This document shows, piece after piece, positions 12,468 to 26,700 of a stretch of DNA of 64,000 nucleotides. The notes under the pieces were generated by a model. The model ran no database searches. It was not told the DNA's origin and worked only from the letters and a program-made list of their open reading frames with translations. Numbering within the stretch: position 1 is the stretch's first letter; each line of letters starts with the position of its first letter. The stretch is from Phoronis australis. Its lineage: Eukaryota; Animalia; Phoronida. The position numbers and the translations under genes were made by a program. The stretch spans positions 422,594 through 486,593 of the forward strand of contig NMRA01000152.1 of NCBI GenBank assembly GCA_002633005.1. The letters run 5' to 3'.

Positions 12468-13804
12468 AACAGGTGTGTTGTAGAATGTTGCCATTAATTG
12501 TAGTGTATAAATTTCTAAAAGCTACTGATCAATCTCACAGTTTTTCGTGTCCAATTAAGGCTGAACTTATCTTGATTTTTTTCAATTACTGTCACATTAC
12601 AACAAGAATTGGCAACGTTTTTGCTGATAACCGTGCGGGTCTCTGCTTTACATCCATGCGTCTGTCTTTTATGAGCACGGCAGGATCAGAGTTGTCAGTA
12701 CCTGTAAAGGGAAATGCCACTACATCGAAAGGTAATTAATTTAAGTTGTTTCTCTGGAAACTGTTTACTTGACTCCAAAGTGTTGTCAAGTTTTTCTATT
12801 AGGGAAATGCGTGGGAACTGCGTTTTTATACCAGAGTAGCTGGAGCAAGACTATTGCGGTGAGAAATGTTTTTTGCAAAGGTTCTTAAAACATTTGTGAT
12901 TGGAAAACCGTCAATTACTGGCTGCTGGTTGGTCAGACGTCTCGCCTTTGGGTTAATTGTTTTGTAATTTCGCTCAAAAACAATTGCCAAAATTTTACAA
13001 TTTTTAAAGGCTCATTGCCTTGCTGAAAATGGACTGAAATATTGTTAATCTATGTTTTTGTGGAGAAATTTAACAAATATGGTATGAATTACGTGCCTAA
13101 TTGTTGGCTAACTAGGTGAAGAATTACCGATAGTTAATACATTTGATAATTGAATGCCAATGTCGTCATGGTCACAGCCAGAACACTGAACAGATTTGTT
13201 GTCATTTGCGAACAGAAACGATAATAATATTTACGATTAAATATTGAAAAACCTAAACAGCCTTTCCTCTACTAAATTCAAAACAGTCAGAGATTTTCAC
13301 AGTTACAATACTAAAGCGTTTCTGGTCTGATGCCAGATGAACCTAAAAATAAATGTGACAAAAGAACTTTTGCCTCCAGAGGTGCTGTTGCTAACAACGG
13401 GCTGGAGACTGCAGTCACACACACGCCCAATGTCTACGTATTCAAACAAACACTGGGACTATGTGCGCAGTTGGGGACTGTAGGCCTCAGCTCATCATTA
13501 TTTTCCTCTATTTTATCTTATGTATTCATCTAATTGTACATATTAATTAATTTTTATAACTTATTTATTTTATTTATCATTTCAATCTATTTTATTTATT
13601 TATCTTTTCAATCTAATAAATACATAGCTCAGTCTCTGCATTTTACTTCGTGTAATTATTTCCAATTGGGCCCACTTGAAAATTAGTGTATACACTGAAG
13701 TGGTCTCCCAGTCTTTTAAGGAACTTTCAGTGAAACCTCAAAAATATATTTATTTCCCGCTTGGCTGTAAGTTGACCACAATCCTGTATTTCTGGAACAA
13801 TATT

Positions 13805-13946
13805 CAGTGGCGGATTTAGAGGGGGGCCANNNNNNNCCCCCCCCCCCCCCTATATTCTCCCAGGAGTTCGATTATCTGACGAGCAAAATCCTGGCTAACA
13901 CTCTGCCCTGGCCTCCCCCCAACTCAAAATCTTAGATCCGCTTCTG
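13805..13946. mobile_element. Short hAT-like non-autonomous element (cagtggcggat...atccgcttctg) containing a 7-N gap
   Basis: Imperfect TIRs cagtggcggattta / tagatccgcttctg and G/C runs typical of these mini elements; no TSD visible. Confidence 0.55.
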
Positions 13947-15906
13947 GTGTTGCATTTAAAAAGATGTGCCTGAGAGGTGCACTGCTGCAATTTAAGTACC
14001 GGTAGTTGTGACATTGTATTTTTACCTGATAATACTGCTAACGCGCAGTGTGTTAATAGCCCTGATTTTCTAAACTCTGAATTGGCTTAGTATCGAACTT
14101 ACCTCAACTGTTTTCAAGGTGTTTTCATCCATGACCATGCTGGATACACGTTTATGTGTTCTCCTTTGCTTCTTTTTAAACTGCAGCTCACAAAAAGCCA
14201 CTTTAATTAGCAAACATTCACAGAATACCTCTGCAGAGCTTGACACCTTGGTTGAAGTCTGGCAGACCTGCCAGGACTGAGTGGACTTGACACTGGTATC
14301 ATTACATTTAGGCAGTTTTGATTAGGCACCACATGTGACTACCTGGGTGGTTGGTGGTGATAGTTGAAGTAACAAAAGTGTACAAATAGGCTTCTGGGGT
14401 GCGCTCAAAATAGGTGGCGTTTTACCATATTCACTTCAATAGTTTTGCTACATGGGAGGTATATTAATCTGTAATTGTTTAATATCCACCTTACACATGC
14501 CACTGTGTACAGAGGTGCTCTAGAAATATATGGAGCTTTACCATGTTCACTGCACCATCCATGCCAGGGAAGTACCAGTATATACATTTCTGCAATTGTT
14601 TGTTAACCTAACATATCATTCCCTCAGGGGGTTGCTTCCATGAAAAAGACGTCCTTTCATAGGGGTTTGTTCCAGAAACTAACGCAGTTGTAGGGGTTAC
14701 AATAACTGCTCTACATATTTGCACACAATTAAATAATTATTTTTTTCAAGAGGCAGAATTGAGCGCAATAATTGGACTGGCCTGAAATATTGTTAAGCGA
14801 TTGTACGAAATGATTTGAGAGTTAACAAAATCATTGGCAACCAATGTGCTAACTAACAGAAAGGCCAATTTTCACCCCAAAAAATCCTTTTCCAATATTC
14901 TTCAAGCACACTATGACTACCAAATGGCACATACCGGGTATTTCATTAAGTTTTTCCAATGCCTAGGCTCTTTAGCGTTAATGTGAATGAGCTGCTCAAT
15001 GAAGATTAACCTGCCATGATGTAACAGTTTACCTAGTCCTGGACAGTCTCATGGTGCAGGTAACTGACAGACAAGTGGTTGACAACTGACGCCCCAAGTT
15101 TTGGAAAAAGGTTAGCATGTGCTCACAAGGGATGTTCAAATTAATAGAAAGTAAAAATGCTGGCCATTGCACTGTGTTCTAATTAATGAATTAACGCTAA
15201 GATAAAATATACAGTTTTGTTACTAACTAATTTGGAGTGTTCATCGTTCTAAAAATTAGAATGTACGATATTGTTTAGATGTTACCCTAAACCCAATAAT
15301 CTGTGCGCTAAATGCTAAAATAAGCGTCTGTTACGTGAGTGGTTGCAATTGTCACTGTTGCAGGCTGTTTGAGTTTAATTACCTCAAAAACTGTTGGCAT
15401 TTGTGGTAGCACTTTTGTTGCCTGGCCACCTTCAAAGGATACATGTACATGGGATTGAGGCCCTTGCTGTTGTTTTCAAATGTAATTGGACATCATTTTT
15501 TGCTTTAAAAGCTGTAAAAGCTATTCGTGGGGAGAAACCAACTGCTGGTGAAAATCACCTCAGCGCAGACTGGCAAAAACTGCTAGTGTTTTCGCCATTC
15601 TGCACTTCACTTATAGGTGTCCAGTAGAAGTACCTAGGGATGTCCCCTTCTGCCAAATTTGAACACACTTCAATGTTGGAGGATTTTACAACAACTCAAA
15701 AGTAACGGCATTTATAATTGCCACTACGATTAGACATTTTTCTAAAGCTACAGTTTATTTAATTGATTATTAGGCAACTCTTTCGATGACAGGATTTACG
15801 CGCAGGTGGCAGAGAAAGAGTGCAGTGTTCAGTTCAGTGAATTTCTCGAAAAACAAAGGGTTGATGGCATCAGGTCACAGATTGAAGTGAGTTGCTATTC
15901 ACAGGG

Positions 15907-15960
15907 TTGGTTGAATGTGTATTGGATGAGATAGCTTGGTTGAATGTGTATTGGATGAGA
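15907..15960. repeat. 29-bp tandem duplication
   Basis: ttggttgaatgtgtattggatgaga repeated at 15907 and 15936. Confidence 0.9.
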
Positions 15961-18403
15961 CAATTGCAGTTGTATAACTAATGGGCCTGTTTAGCCTAGC
16001 AGTTTTAAAATGAAAATGAAAAATCATGAGCATCATGAATGTTTTTAAAATTGAAAAGTAAATAATAGCAGTCTACGAATTTCTAAAATCAGTTAGTTAT
16101 GAGAGAAATTAATGAATAGGTTTTCTTCACGCACATTAAGTTATGAATTGCTTAGCAGGGGTTAGACACAGTCTGGCTTAAACTTGCTTAGGCATTAGGG
16201 TACAATAGAACCCCAAGTGTTAGAAGTTGCCCCATGTCCAGTATTATAGTTGTTTAAAAAAGGATCTTAAGTCCTGTTTTAGTGATTTCAACCAATCTGC
16301 TTCTTACCACAGCTAATGTGCCATTGTTGTTTCCTTTATCAGTGACATAATTCAACAATAAATGGATTTTGCAGCTCTTGGTGGGTGGTCTTTCCCCACA
16401 GTTGTCATGTAACTTACCAAAAGGTCTTATTCTGTCTGGTTGGTTTAGCAGACTCTGCTTCAAACTGTTAAGAGTGGATAAGGGCTACAGAGGATTATTT
16501 TATTTTAGAGTGCTAGGTGGCAAAGCCCTAGTTAATATCTATTATTCCAAAACCCAGGTTTGGTATCCTTTTAACAATTAAGGTGATTACACAGAACTAC
16601 AATGCCATCCTTTTGTGGACACTGTTTATTTATAAGTTTACCTCAAAGCTATTGTTCTCTTCTTTGTTGCCCAAACACCAACAAATGACCAATCGATAAA
16701 AAGCCTGTTTAGTTTAACAACTTGGATAAACATTGAGGATGTGTGCAGGAAATTATCTGAAATCACACAAATTAGCCCATCTTCTTTGTATACAAAGAGC
16801 TTTGTTTTGGGATTTTTGAATCAAAAACTGTTTTTCTTTCATTTCTTATCATTGATTGGCAACCAGTCAATGCAGTCACTGTTCTATATCGAGGAAAAAA
16901 AAATTTCTTCCGGCAAGTTGTCGGTCACTCATTCCAGCTTGTCAGGGAAATGAAATGAATATGTCTGTGTCATGGTTTGGGAAATCAATTGATGCACAAT
17001 TTATATTTATTTTACACTGCACTGTAGTTGGAGGGGACAGGACGTCATGTTTTATTAGACATCCGTTTTCTGCTTGTTAGATATACATGCAGTTGTAACC
17101 ATAATCTAAATGTTAAGTTAATTGGCCACTTTCGTTACCAACGACTGAATTTCTTAAATAACTTTTTAAAAGTATATAGTTTTATGGGTCTCCTATTAAT
17201 CAAGGCTTCTATTTTTTAAGGAATGACATTGTCTTCATTCTTAACAGTGGAGTTTTAAAAGGCCTTTAAAAACCCCGACACACTTTTGCAGCCATAAATG
17301 AAACAGAATTTGTGAGTCTCATGGGAAAAAAGTTTTTTTTTGTGAAAATTACAGTGATCTCTGGGAAAAAATCAAGATATTAAAGAAAAACAAAGTCACA
17401 TGATTACAAACCTGTGGGAGTGTGGGCATACTTTTGTGCACAAAATAAGATTCTTTGATCATCAAAGACTTAAAAATATATATATTTTGTGGGTCTACAA
17501 TTTAAATACTTAGTTGTTTTTAAAAGAAATTTGATCCTGGTAACGAAGGTTTAGCGAAATACCTAAAGATATGAACCAACCTTGGATTTCTGTCTTAGGG
17601 ATTTGGTTGTGTCATGAAAAAGTTGAAATACCAACAAGTATTCTAAATAATTAAATAGCAATTTATGTCCAGAAAAATAACACAGTTATTAATGGCAAGG
17701 CTCGATTTGGCGACCTGCAGATTTTGTTTGACAACTTGGTAAAAATCCCACCTCTGTTAACGCTCACAAATTACTGCAGGAAGTAAACAGACAGATTAGC
17801 TGGAATACTTTGACAAAACCAGAAGGGCCCGTTCATGACACAAGTTCAGACATGTCATTGTCGTCTGCCTTTCTCTTAGGTAGGGAGCGTGCATTGAAGG
17901 GAAATTGCTCATTACCAAGCACGTGATATACACCTTAATTTCCATTCATCTGAAAAAGGTCGCTCAAGCAATTTTGAGTGTTTTAGTTCTCTAATTCGGA
18001 TGTCCTGTTTCTTCATTTTTCAATTTCGACTTTGTTGCCATGTATGTGCCTTTGGTAAGAAGCAGGATGTAGAGCTTCATTCAACTGTTGCAAAAGTCAT
18101 ATGCAACCCCGACATATGGAGATTCCTTGTCCTGACAACCTCGTGGTCGACCTAGGAATTTTGCCAGGTCGCATTTGGTGATTTGACATAATGCTGAACG
18201 CCAGGCCCTGATTGGTCAATATTTGGAAAGTGGATTGGTAATTTACCGTCATAGGCTGTTGTTAGAGCATTGTTGATTTGTCACATGCAATATGATGAAA
18301 TTAGGCTCAACTCTATACCTGAAAATACTGTAGCAGTGCCCACCCTGATACAATATACAAAATAAGGATATTGGTAATTTGCTTCTGTAGCACTGTATGA
18401 GGA

Positions 18404-18597
18404 GGCAGTGCGGCTCTGTGGCTAAAGCTCCGAACTCCCCCTTGGGAGATCCTAGCTTCACTTAGGCTGACATTCATGCATAGCACACGGGAGTCTTCTA
18501 TTCCTCGGAGCTCGGTCTTTCTTGTGAATGTGTGCAAGAGAGTGAATGAGAACCAGGATATAATGGGAAAGCGATTTCTGGGACTGCTCATAAAAAA
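18404..18597 (+). mobile_element. tRNA-derived SINE, degenerate copy
   Basis: Colinear with 62453-62660 (gctccgaactcc..ttgggagatcct..gagctc..gagtgaatgagaacc.ggatataatg.gaaag.gatttctggg); degraded A box, B box missing, A-rich tail. Confidence 0.7.
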
Positions 18598-21500
18598 TAC
18601 TGTATGGGATTAACCAGTTATAAGTGTGGCAGAGGGTTGGTAGTCATAATGCTTAAGAAATATTATATGGCTGTCTGTCATAATACTTTCAGAATCAATC
18701 TACAAATTCATTTGCAGGCTTCAATCAGGTGTGAAACATGTTTATAATTTAAAGCTGAAATTGTCAGTCCTGTGAAATCAATTACCATGCTTCACCACCT
18801 TTCGTGGTTATTGGTGTCTTGTTACATAGCTGCTAATAACAGATTAGTGAATATAACACATTTGATTACCTTGGGTGTTAGTCATATCACCAATAAGCAA
18901 ACAGGATAACTGTCTTGGAAGGAAGGCAGGTTTTAGAAAAGCAGTGCTTGTTCTACTCTTTCCGGCCAACAATGTCCTTTGGTCCCACCTTGAAAAGTTT
19001 TGGGGGTCCATTTCATTTTTGAGGGTATATGAAACAGTTCAGAAATCATTACATTAGCGCAGAAAGACGCGTAAATTGCTATGGAAACACAGCAAATTGG
19101 GTGGTAACTGGAAAATAACTAAGAAATGAAACTGATATTTTGTATTTCTTTGATTTTTTTCTTACACCTTATCAGAACTGCGTCCAAGATGACGCACCCA
19201 TAAACTCAGTATGCATCTTCTGTAGCTAAATAGCATCATATGATGGAAAATGTAGCAGTCTAATTGTTAAGTACCGTCGACTCACGGCCTACCCTAGAAC
19301 AACTTGCACTAGTGCAACTTACCCCACTTTTAAGTGGAGCATCCACACCCCGACATCTGATAACTAGGGTAAGGTGGAAGTCCTCTCTCTGTGCATGACA
19401 ATGAACAACTAATGCAAATACAGAGTGCAAAAGAAGACCCGTCTTCAATGTGGGACAAAAATAACTGCTAAAGTTGTCACATTTCTACTTTTTCATATTC
19501 TTATCACATTGTTGCGAATCGCAAATGCTCATAATTTTACCAAATGTTGTTTGCTAATAGCTACGCCATACAAACCGTGATAAAAACGAAGTAAGTTTTA
19601 CTGATCAGACATTTTTGTTAAGAAATTTAACAAATGGAAACTTTCCCTGCCAACCAAACTATTGTCCTAAACTGAAGAATTTTTGCCGTAGTTTTTCCTA
19701 GTCCTTACTCCCATCCTTTGTGAGTTTACGTGCATCTGAGTTGTCCACATTTATCAGAAACTCACGATTTTTGACTTGCACTTATTCATACACTAAGAGT
19801 TTGTTAGACATAGACATAGAAATAGCTGACATGTCTTGTATTGTCTACCTATTTCTCACTACTAAGTGTACAATAACTTGAACTTAGACACCTTATTTAG
19901 GGAGGGCATGGTGCTGCATGTATTCCAGCACTTGCCTTGAGGAACATCCGGCAAGCAGGTGTTGATACTGGAATCTATTCTGTCGTACCTAACAACATTT
20001 TGGAATAATCGTGTTTTGTATCCAGACCATCATCGAGAGGATTCTGTGGCATCCAAATGGACGCACTGACTCAAAATTAGACACCCTAGTTAAGGCACCC
20101 TGTTCTGCATTTGGACACCCAAGTAAAGTAAACTCTAGTAAGCATCGGTATCTCTTAACTTGCTAACAGTAGCTCTTGGAGCGACCTGTCCAGAATAAAA
20201 AGTTGGTTTAGCAATTATGTAAGATACAAAAAAGGTAAATGGAGAACCATATGTTTCCATAGTCACATGTCATACTATGACAGCTATTTGACTTGGGGTT
20301 TTAAAAACGCTGTCAAGCGTTGTTGATCATCTATGCCTCCGGAAATTGAGAAACCTATTTAGACATCCTTATGTTTGTAATACTGGATGAACGTCTGCTT
20401 CTATTTGCAAGTTTTCAACGTCTGCCATTCTCTTCCTGAGGAGAATTCTGTATTGAGTCTCTGATTGTTCTGTGTTTGTTTCAGAGACACTTAGAAGATT
20501 GGCATCTGGGTTGCTTCTGAATCTTATTGCCTTTTTTCCTCGACTTTTATCAATTGAATGTGATTGATAGCTGAGGCATGCCAATGAATTCCAAACAAAT
20601 TATCTCTGCAAGGGTTTCAAGTCTGTACTTAACTGGGGATAGTGATTTATTTACTGGGTATTTTAGAATGTTCACTCAGAACATACCATGCTCAGTGTAA
20701 CTGGTTAGGAACAGAATGATTAGTAAAAGGTATTTTTGTAATTCACAGACTCCAGTTGCATCCTTTAAAGTCTCGTGTGATTTGACTTTAAGGTCATGAG
20801 TAACGTTAGCTACGAAAGTGTACATTTATTGTTTTAACACATAAAAACTTAGGAATATGCTTCATGGAGTTAGAGCATAATTATTTTTTAGAGTAGAAAG
20901 CTAAAAGACTTTCATTTTGGACTTACATCACAAGCTCATTCTCTGCAATGTTTGTCAATTTCTGTGTAAACTTGGAATGTCGGAATAAGCATGGAATTCC
21001 CAGTTTGTTCAAGTTGTGTTTGATTTAGGCAAGCAGTGGTATTTGTGAGAATTGTTACTGTCAAAAATTTGTTTTGTATCGAAAAACTATGGTGTTTGTC
21101 TGACTTGGTTCATGTTTGAATGCTCATTAACCTCCTATTTCAGCTTTTGATTGGTTGAGTGACCCTAAAGTTCCAAGTTGATGCATACCTTATCTTGAGA
21201 ACAAGTTTGATTTCAATTCTAACACAACTGATAAAAAATAGCCAATCAGCAAGTGGACCAGGGAATTACGGATTTAAATGAAATGTTTTGAATGAAATGA
21301 ACAGGAAATGCAATAGAAATGATTGCCAAGACGTCGGTGACTATCCCTCGCGCCTCAAGATTTGATAGGATCACCTAAATAGTTCAATTTATTCCAAAAT
21401 ATGGGGTTAGCATGGGAAATCCATCGCACATGTTTTACTGTATATTATATACATGACTGTCGTATGGAAACTAAGGAATATTGTATTGAATGAGCGACTG

Positions 21501-22464
21501 TAACATCAGTCATCACATGACCAAGTGTTGGTAAAATTTAACAAAAAATATTTTAGACGAGACCATTACACTTAGCAAAACAACTGATCCATAATACATT
21601 TCAAAAAATGCTACCTTATGTTACATTTTGTCAAAATGATATGTTGTGTCTTGTTTTATTTATTTTAAGACCTTTGCAAATTGATTGTTTTCGTAAAATA
21701 TTGTAAAACCTTGTGCAAAAGTGAAGCGTGATTATTTAAACAATTTCTGATATCGTTTTTGGAGAAACCATCTGACAATTGTATTTGAATCCTATCACCT
21801 GTTTCTCTGTTATAATATTTCAAAGTTCGCCCGATTTTCATAGTGTTTCTAAGTTAGCCCAATTTTGACATTTTCCCTAAGGCTAAGCCATAACTGTGGG
21901 TATGAACTGTCTGACAGCTGCAGTCGGAATATACCTAAAAGGACATTATCACATCTATAAGTGTTTATGATATATATTATGCCTGAAATTTATTTATGTA
22001 CAAACTGTTTTGCATATTACATGCAAATATCCCTCCTGAGAAATGGAAGCGTTTGAGCAGTTATGTTCACTAATCAGTTTAGTGGGCTTTGATCTAACGG
22101 AGCTAATTTCAAACAATGCCTATCATGCAGTTAGTGTGTGAATACTCTTCAAACTAGATTGTGTTATGACTCTGCCTTTAATAAATGATGAACAGAACTC
22201 ATTCCCTGGTGACCTGCTTTCAACACATTTTCCAATTTGTAGTTAGGCTTTCAAGTTGAGATGCTCAGGGTTTAACCAGACTTATGTGGCAAATACTAAA
22301 CTAATTTAGTTGTTTCATGAGGCAGGTTGTAATGTTTACAGCAGGGCTCAAATATTGTCTTTGCTTAGTAACATTCACACAAGGTATTGATATCCTCCAA
22401 CATTGCTAATTGTTATCTTTCTTCAGAAAATGGTGCTTCTGAAATGTTAAGAATAGCCAATACT

Positions 22465-22577
22465 GATAACTGTAATGATAATGATGGTAAAAATAATGAT
22501 AATGATAATAATGATTACTATAATTATAATAATTGTAATGATGATAATGTTATTGATAATGGTAATGATAATAATTA
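22465..22577. repeat. Degenerate (AAT/GAT)n microsatellite
   Basis: aatgataatgatggtaaaaataatgataatgataataatgat... Confidence 0.9.
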
Positions 22578-23626
22578 CCTTCACAATATTACTGCCTTCC
22601 TCACAGTGCCTGCTTTAGCCATCCCCCGCTTTCCAAGAATACATATGTAGTGAGATGTGCTTGTGTTGCTTGGTTCTTAATTTTCGTGATATTCAGAGTG
22701 ATAAGGTTCCCATTTCCAGTCTGGTCAAGTGGAGTTTGGGGTAGCGAACTGGTGAACTTGAAACGCTGAAATTCCAATGAAGGCAAGTTCTCAATCAATT
22801 AGGTGTTCTCAAACTAGAAACTTGAAATTAAGATGTTGGGTCCCATTAATGATTATATTATTTTTGTTTTTATCAACATTGAATGAATTGAAAAAGACAA
22901 GGAAAGGCTTTTACTACTGTAATCGACCAAAAGTAGTTTTTCTTGTTGTCGCTGGCTGTAAAATGTTTGCCAAGTTAAATGTCTCAAATCTTGCTTAGTC
23001 TACGTTTTTGTCTACCTAGAATGTTTGGTTGTTAGTTTGTCTTTTTAAAGACAAATATAACTCTCAAATAAAATATATAGTCTGCCCAAGTTTTGCACAA
23101 AGTTACCAAAAAGTAACCTCCTATAATTTTATCTCCAGAAAAATTATCCCATTAAACAGCACGTTCTTTAAGCTGTTTTCGCATTTTGTGCAGTAATTTT
23201 GCTCCAACAAAGATCTAATCAGCCTAAGGAATTTTCTAATGAGAAGAACAGGTATTGGTTCCCTAGATCACATACCAAGATATTTTTTCAACTGAATGCG
23301 AAAATTACATTACACATCTGTTTGATGGCCTATCATCTCAGCTGTTGTTGGAACATGTGCGTGGAATAGATATTACATCTGAAGTTTGGTTGATATTTAA
23401 AGCTGATTATCAATAACTTTAATTTCATAGAGAAAGTTGCTTATTTCACCTCCATTTCTCCACTGAACCCAAGAAGATTCCTAAAGGAAAATCTACTAAC
23501 CTGTTGCAAAATAATGCAAAACTGCATGTGAAATTTCAATGCTTTTGTTTATTTTCGTGCAGTCAAACCAGTCCGTAATGCTTCCAATTCAGGTGTGGTA
23601 CGAGGGTAGAGTTTGGTATCGGTCTC

Positions 23627-23760
23627 GCGGCTAAAAAAATCTAGCCAAAATCACGTGTTCTCATGTGAAATACATGGCAATATCTCACGTTATCTCATGA
23701 AGTCATGCTTTTTAGTGAGGTCCTAGCATAGGTCCTAGCGTTATTGAACTCTAACCTAGT
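23627..23760 (+). repeat. Dispersed repeat, copy 1 (copy 2 at 33844-33966)
   Basis: aaaaatctagccaaaatca.gtg.tctcat..gaaatac..ggcaat..atctc.tga..tc.tgctttttagt.aggt..ttattga.ctcta is shared by both copies. Confidence 0.7.
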
Positions 23761-26700
23761 CACATGAAACATAGAGTAGCCTTTGACCTAAACAATTACA
23801 TCACTGTTGGTTTGTGGGTAATATATCAGTTGGTCAGTTTTTAATAAGCAAACACCAATTGTTTGCCTCTCATAGTTTACCAGTTAACCAAATTGTTTTG
23901 TGTTTTGTATTTGGGCATGTAGAGTTTGGTAAAATAACGTAGAAATATGGTAACAGTTCTCCAAGTTTGCAGCTTGCACCAAATTTTGGAAAGTGTGGCC
24001 GTCCCAATTTATTTTTTGGATAATTGATCACGATATTTTAACAAACTGGATTCATTTGAAGTGTTTTCGTTCGTAACTAATTAAACATTTGTTAACCAAT
24101 ATGGAGATAATCGCCTAACAAACAGACTTTTTAAAACATATTATTAAAATATGGTTATCCAATACAGTATATTACATATTAGATTTTTTTGATACTGTTG
24201 TACACTAAGGCTGCACTCATTCTTCCAAACATTGCCTTAGACACATGTTCATAATTTGTGACAATGCTGCCAATAATGGTCTTGACAAATATTGAAATAC
24301 CACATACTAGCACTCTCTGTCTCTGTTAAAGCATCCTATTTTTGGACTGCTAAATGTAGAGTAAATGTTTACCAAAGAATGAGTTAGCCCATTCCACAAG
24401 AGACAACTACATTAATTCATTATTGAAATATGGTTGGGTTGGAAAGCAAAAAGCGCTGAACTAATGAAGACGATTTTTGCCAAAAACATTGTTTTCTAGA
24501 AAACAGGAAAACTCGGAGCAATGTATTGTAACTGTTACTCAGCATGGGTAAAAAGGGTAGGTGGCACTGGCAATAATATCTGCTAACACAGTCTCATTCA
24601 TGACATCAACTAATACAGGAATTGCGTATTTGCTACGTATTTTTGCCGTTTCTGTTGTGCTACAGCGTAGCGCCAAAATGCTACATGTTTTTGGTAATTA
24701 ATACGCATTTTTGCCAATGTTCAAGTTTTCAAATCTTCACTTTGGCTTTTACTGGCAATCTCTTTTGTCGAAATAATCTCATATTACAAGCCTTGCTCGA
24801 CAGATGAGAGCCAATTGACTCACAGTTACTAGATGTTAAAGCCTTTAATAGGTAAGTTAAGGTACACGCAATGCATTTTGACACTTAACCATATTTTGTC
24901 TAATTTTCGTCAGTGCTATTTTTTTTACAAAAATTGCTATGGTTAGAGCAAGAAATGGTTGACATGTCTGCAATCTCACCTTAGGGGAGTTCACTGCACA
25001 AAATCGTATTATAATTCTATATTACTGGTGGATGTTTATACAGCTGAGGTGAATCAGTTTTCATATTTACCTTGTAATCAATACCTGCAAAACTACTGAG
25101 TTCGTTGACTTAAAACTTGCTATGTTTAGAATTTACAGCATAGGACTATGTAGTCAGTTGGATTACCTCAGAGGTGTTGCAAGTTTACACATGGTAACAT
25201 TTGGCACTGAGTATGATACAACAGGCTTTGGTTCAACTGGTATGAAGTTGTGTAGGACATTATTGACAGGTCTGTCTATTTAGCCTAATATATTCACACC
25301 TAGAGAATTTAACTCGGTAAAAGTATATATTTTCTGAAAGTAAAATGCCTGTAGAATTTGATTACTGACTTTTTACTAATCTGCCGGATCATAGACCATG
25401 GCTTCCTAGTAAGATTTAGCAAGAAAGAAAGGTTCATTGATAGCAAAACAATGAAATCAAGTATGATCAAATTTCATTTGGTATAAATGTTCATGGTGTG
25501 ATCTCAGTTTTCTATAATATCATTTTGTTTTCGTTTTAAATGAAGCTTAGAAGTTTTTTCATGAAAATCGTAACCGTCCTATTTTTGATAGCCCCTCATG
25601 GAAAAATGAAACATTTTGGAAACATGGTTTTGGAGAATAATGCATAAAGCATAGAATCTGAAGGTTCACATGAATCCAATCACTGACAGCTGTTTCTGAG
25701 ATACAATGTTCCGAAGTTAGTCAAATTTGGACATTGTTCTAGGATCCTACATCAGTAAACTAGAAGCCATTTAAGCCAAAAACTTACATTTCAGTAGTTG
25801 GTTTACACGAGCATCAGATCAACCAATGCTAGACATGACCAGCAATACGTAATTAGGACTGAAATGTTGCTGAATCTGTTTTTGGTCAAAACAATCTGAA
25901 CTGGGCCCCAAATTGGAATATGCTGACCCATGTCATTAGGGATAACTCTAAGGTGTTTGATTTACGTTGATTGCACTGTGGCTGCTGAAAACAGGCATCA
26001 AATACGTTTTCCTATCTGTTGAAATATACTAAACATGTCAACAAAACAGTAATGTATGTTGCGTCAAAATGGTTGTTTTTTATCATTTTTCATTGGTTTT
26101 GAATAGCTTGGAATTGGAACTAAAATTTCACGAGTTTTCACAGTTTAGTTTTTTCATCAAACTATTTTTAATCGACGTTTCTGGGGACGCCAATTAAATT
26201 TTCTGCCATTTTTAGACAATGCAAGGAAACGTGGTTATGGGAATTTTTTGTACCTAGATCGAAGATCATGATTAATTGTGGTGATATACCATTCAAAAGA
26301 TTTGATTTGATTTGAATTTTACAATCGCCTTATTTGCCAAACTCTGGTCCCCGGCCAGTAACTTGCAAATTTATACGTCTCTTATTTTGTATCAACTCTA
26401 GACGCCAGCGGTTTTCAAATCCGGATGTCAGTCTAGTCTATTGTGTAATATGTGTAAAACTCTCACCCGGGATGCTGTGAAATCATTCACGCACTTTTTG
26501 ATGTCAGCTGACATATCGCGTAACTTTTCGACCAACAGTGTCACTCATCTGATACGGGGTTATGCATGCTCCCTGTAGCAGGAATCAAACATGCTATTTC
26601 ACCCTATACCTAACCAAGCTGTTGCTGTATTCATGGATAGGTTGGATGTTAAAACAAAAAATCTGCAAATGGATGACCTTTGCACTATTGGCAGACTTTG

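Noticed and set aside
13490-13715. AT-rich tract ending in gggcccacttgaaaattagtgtatacactgaagtggtctcccag, reminiscent of a CR1/L2 LINE 3' end
   Set aside because: Resemblance from memory only; no RT coding remnant or second copy in the window.
19260-19448. ORF with a signal-peptide-like N-terminus (MKTGLLLHSVFALVVHCHA)
   Set aside because: Starts at TTG rather than ATG, is short, and has no splice or homology support.
22387-22650. Asn/Asp-rich ORF (also Tyr-rich 45460-45708)
   Set aside because: Translations of trinucleotide microsatellites.
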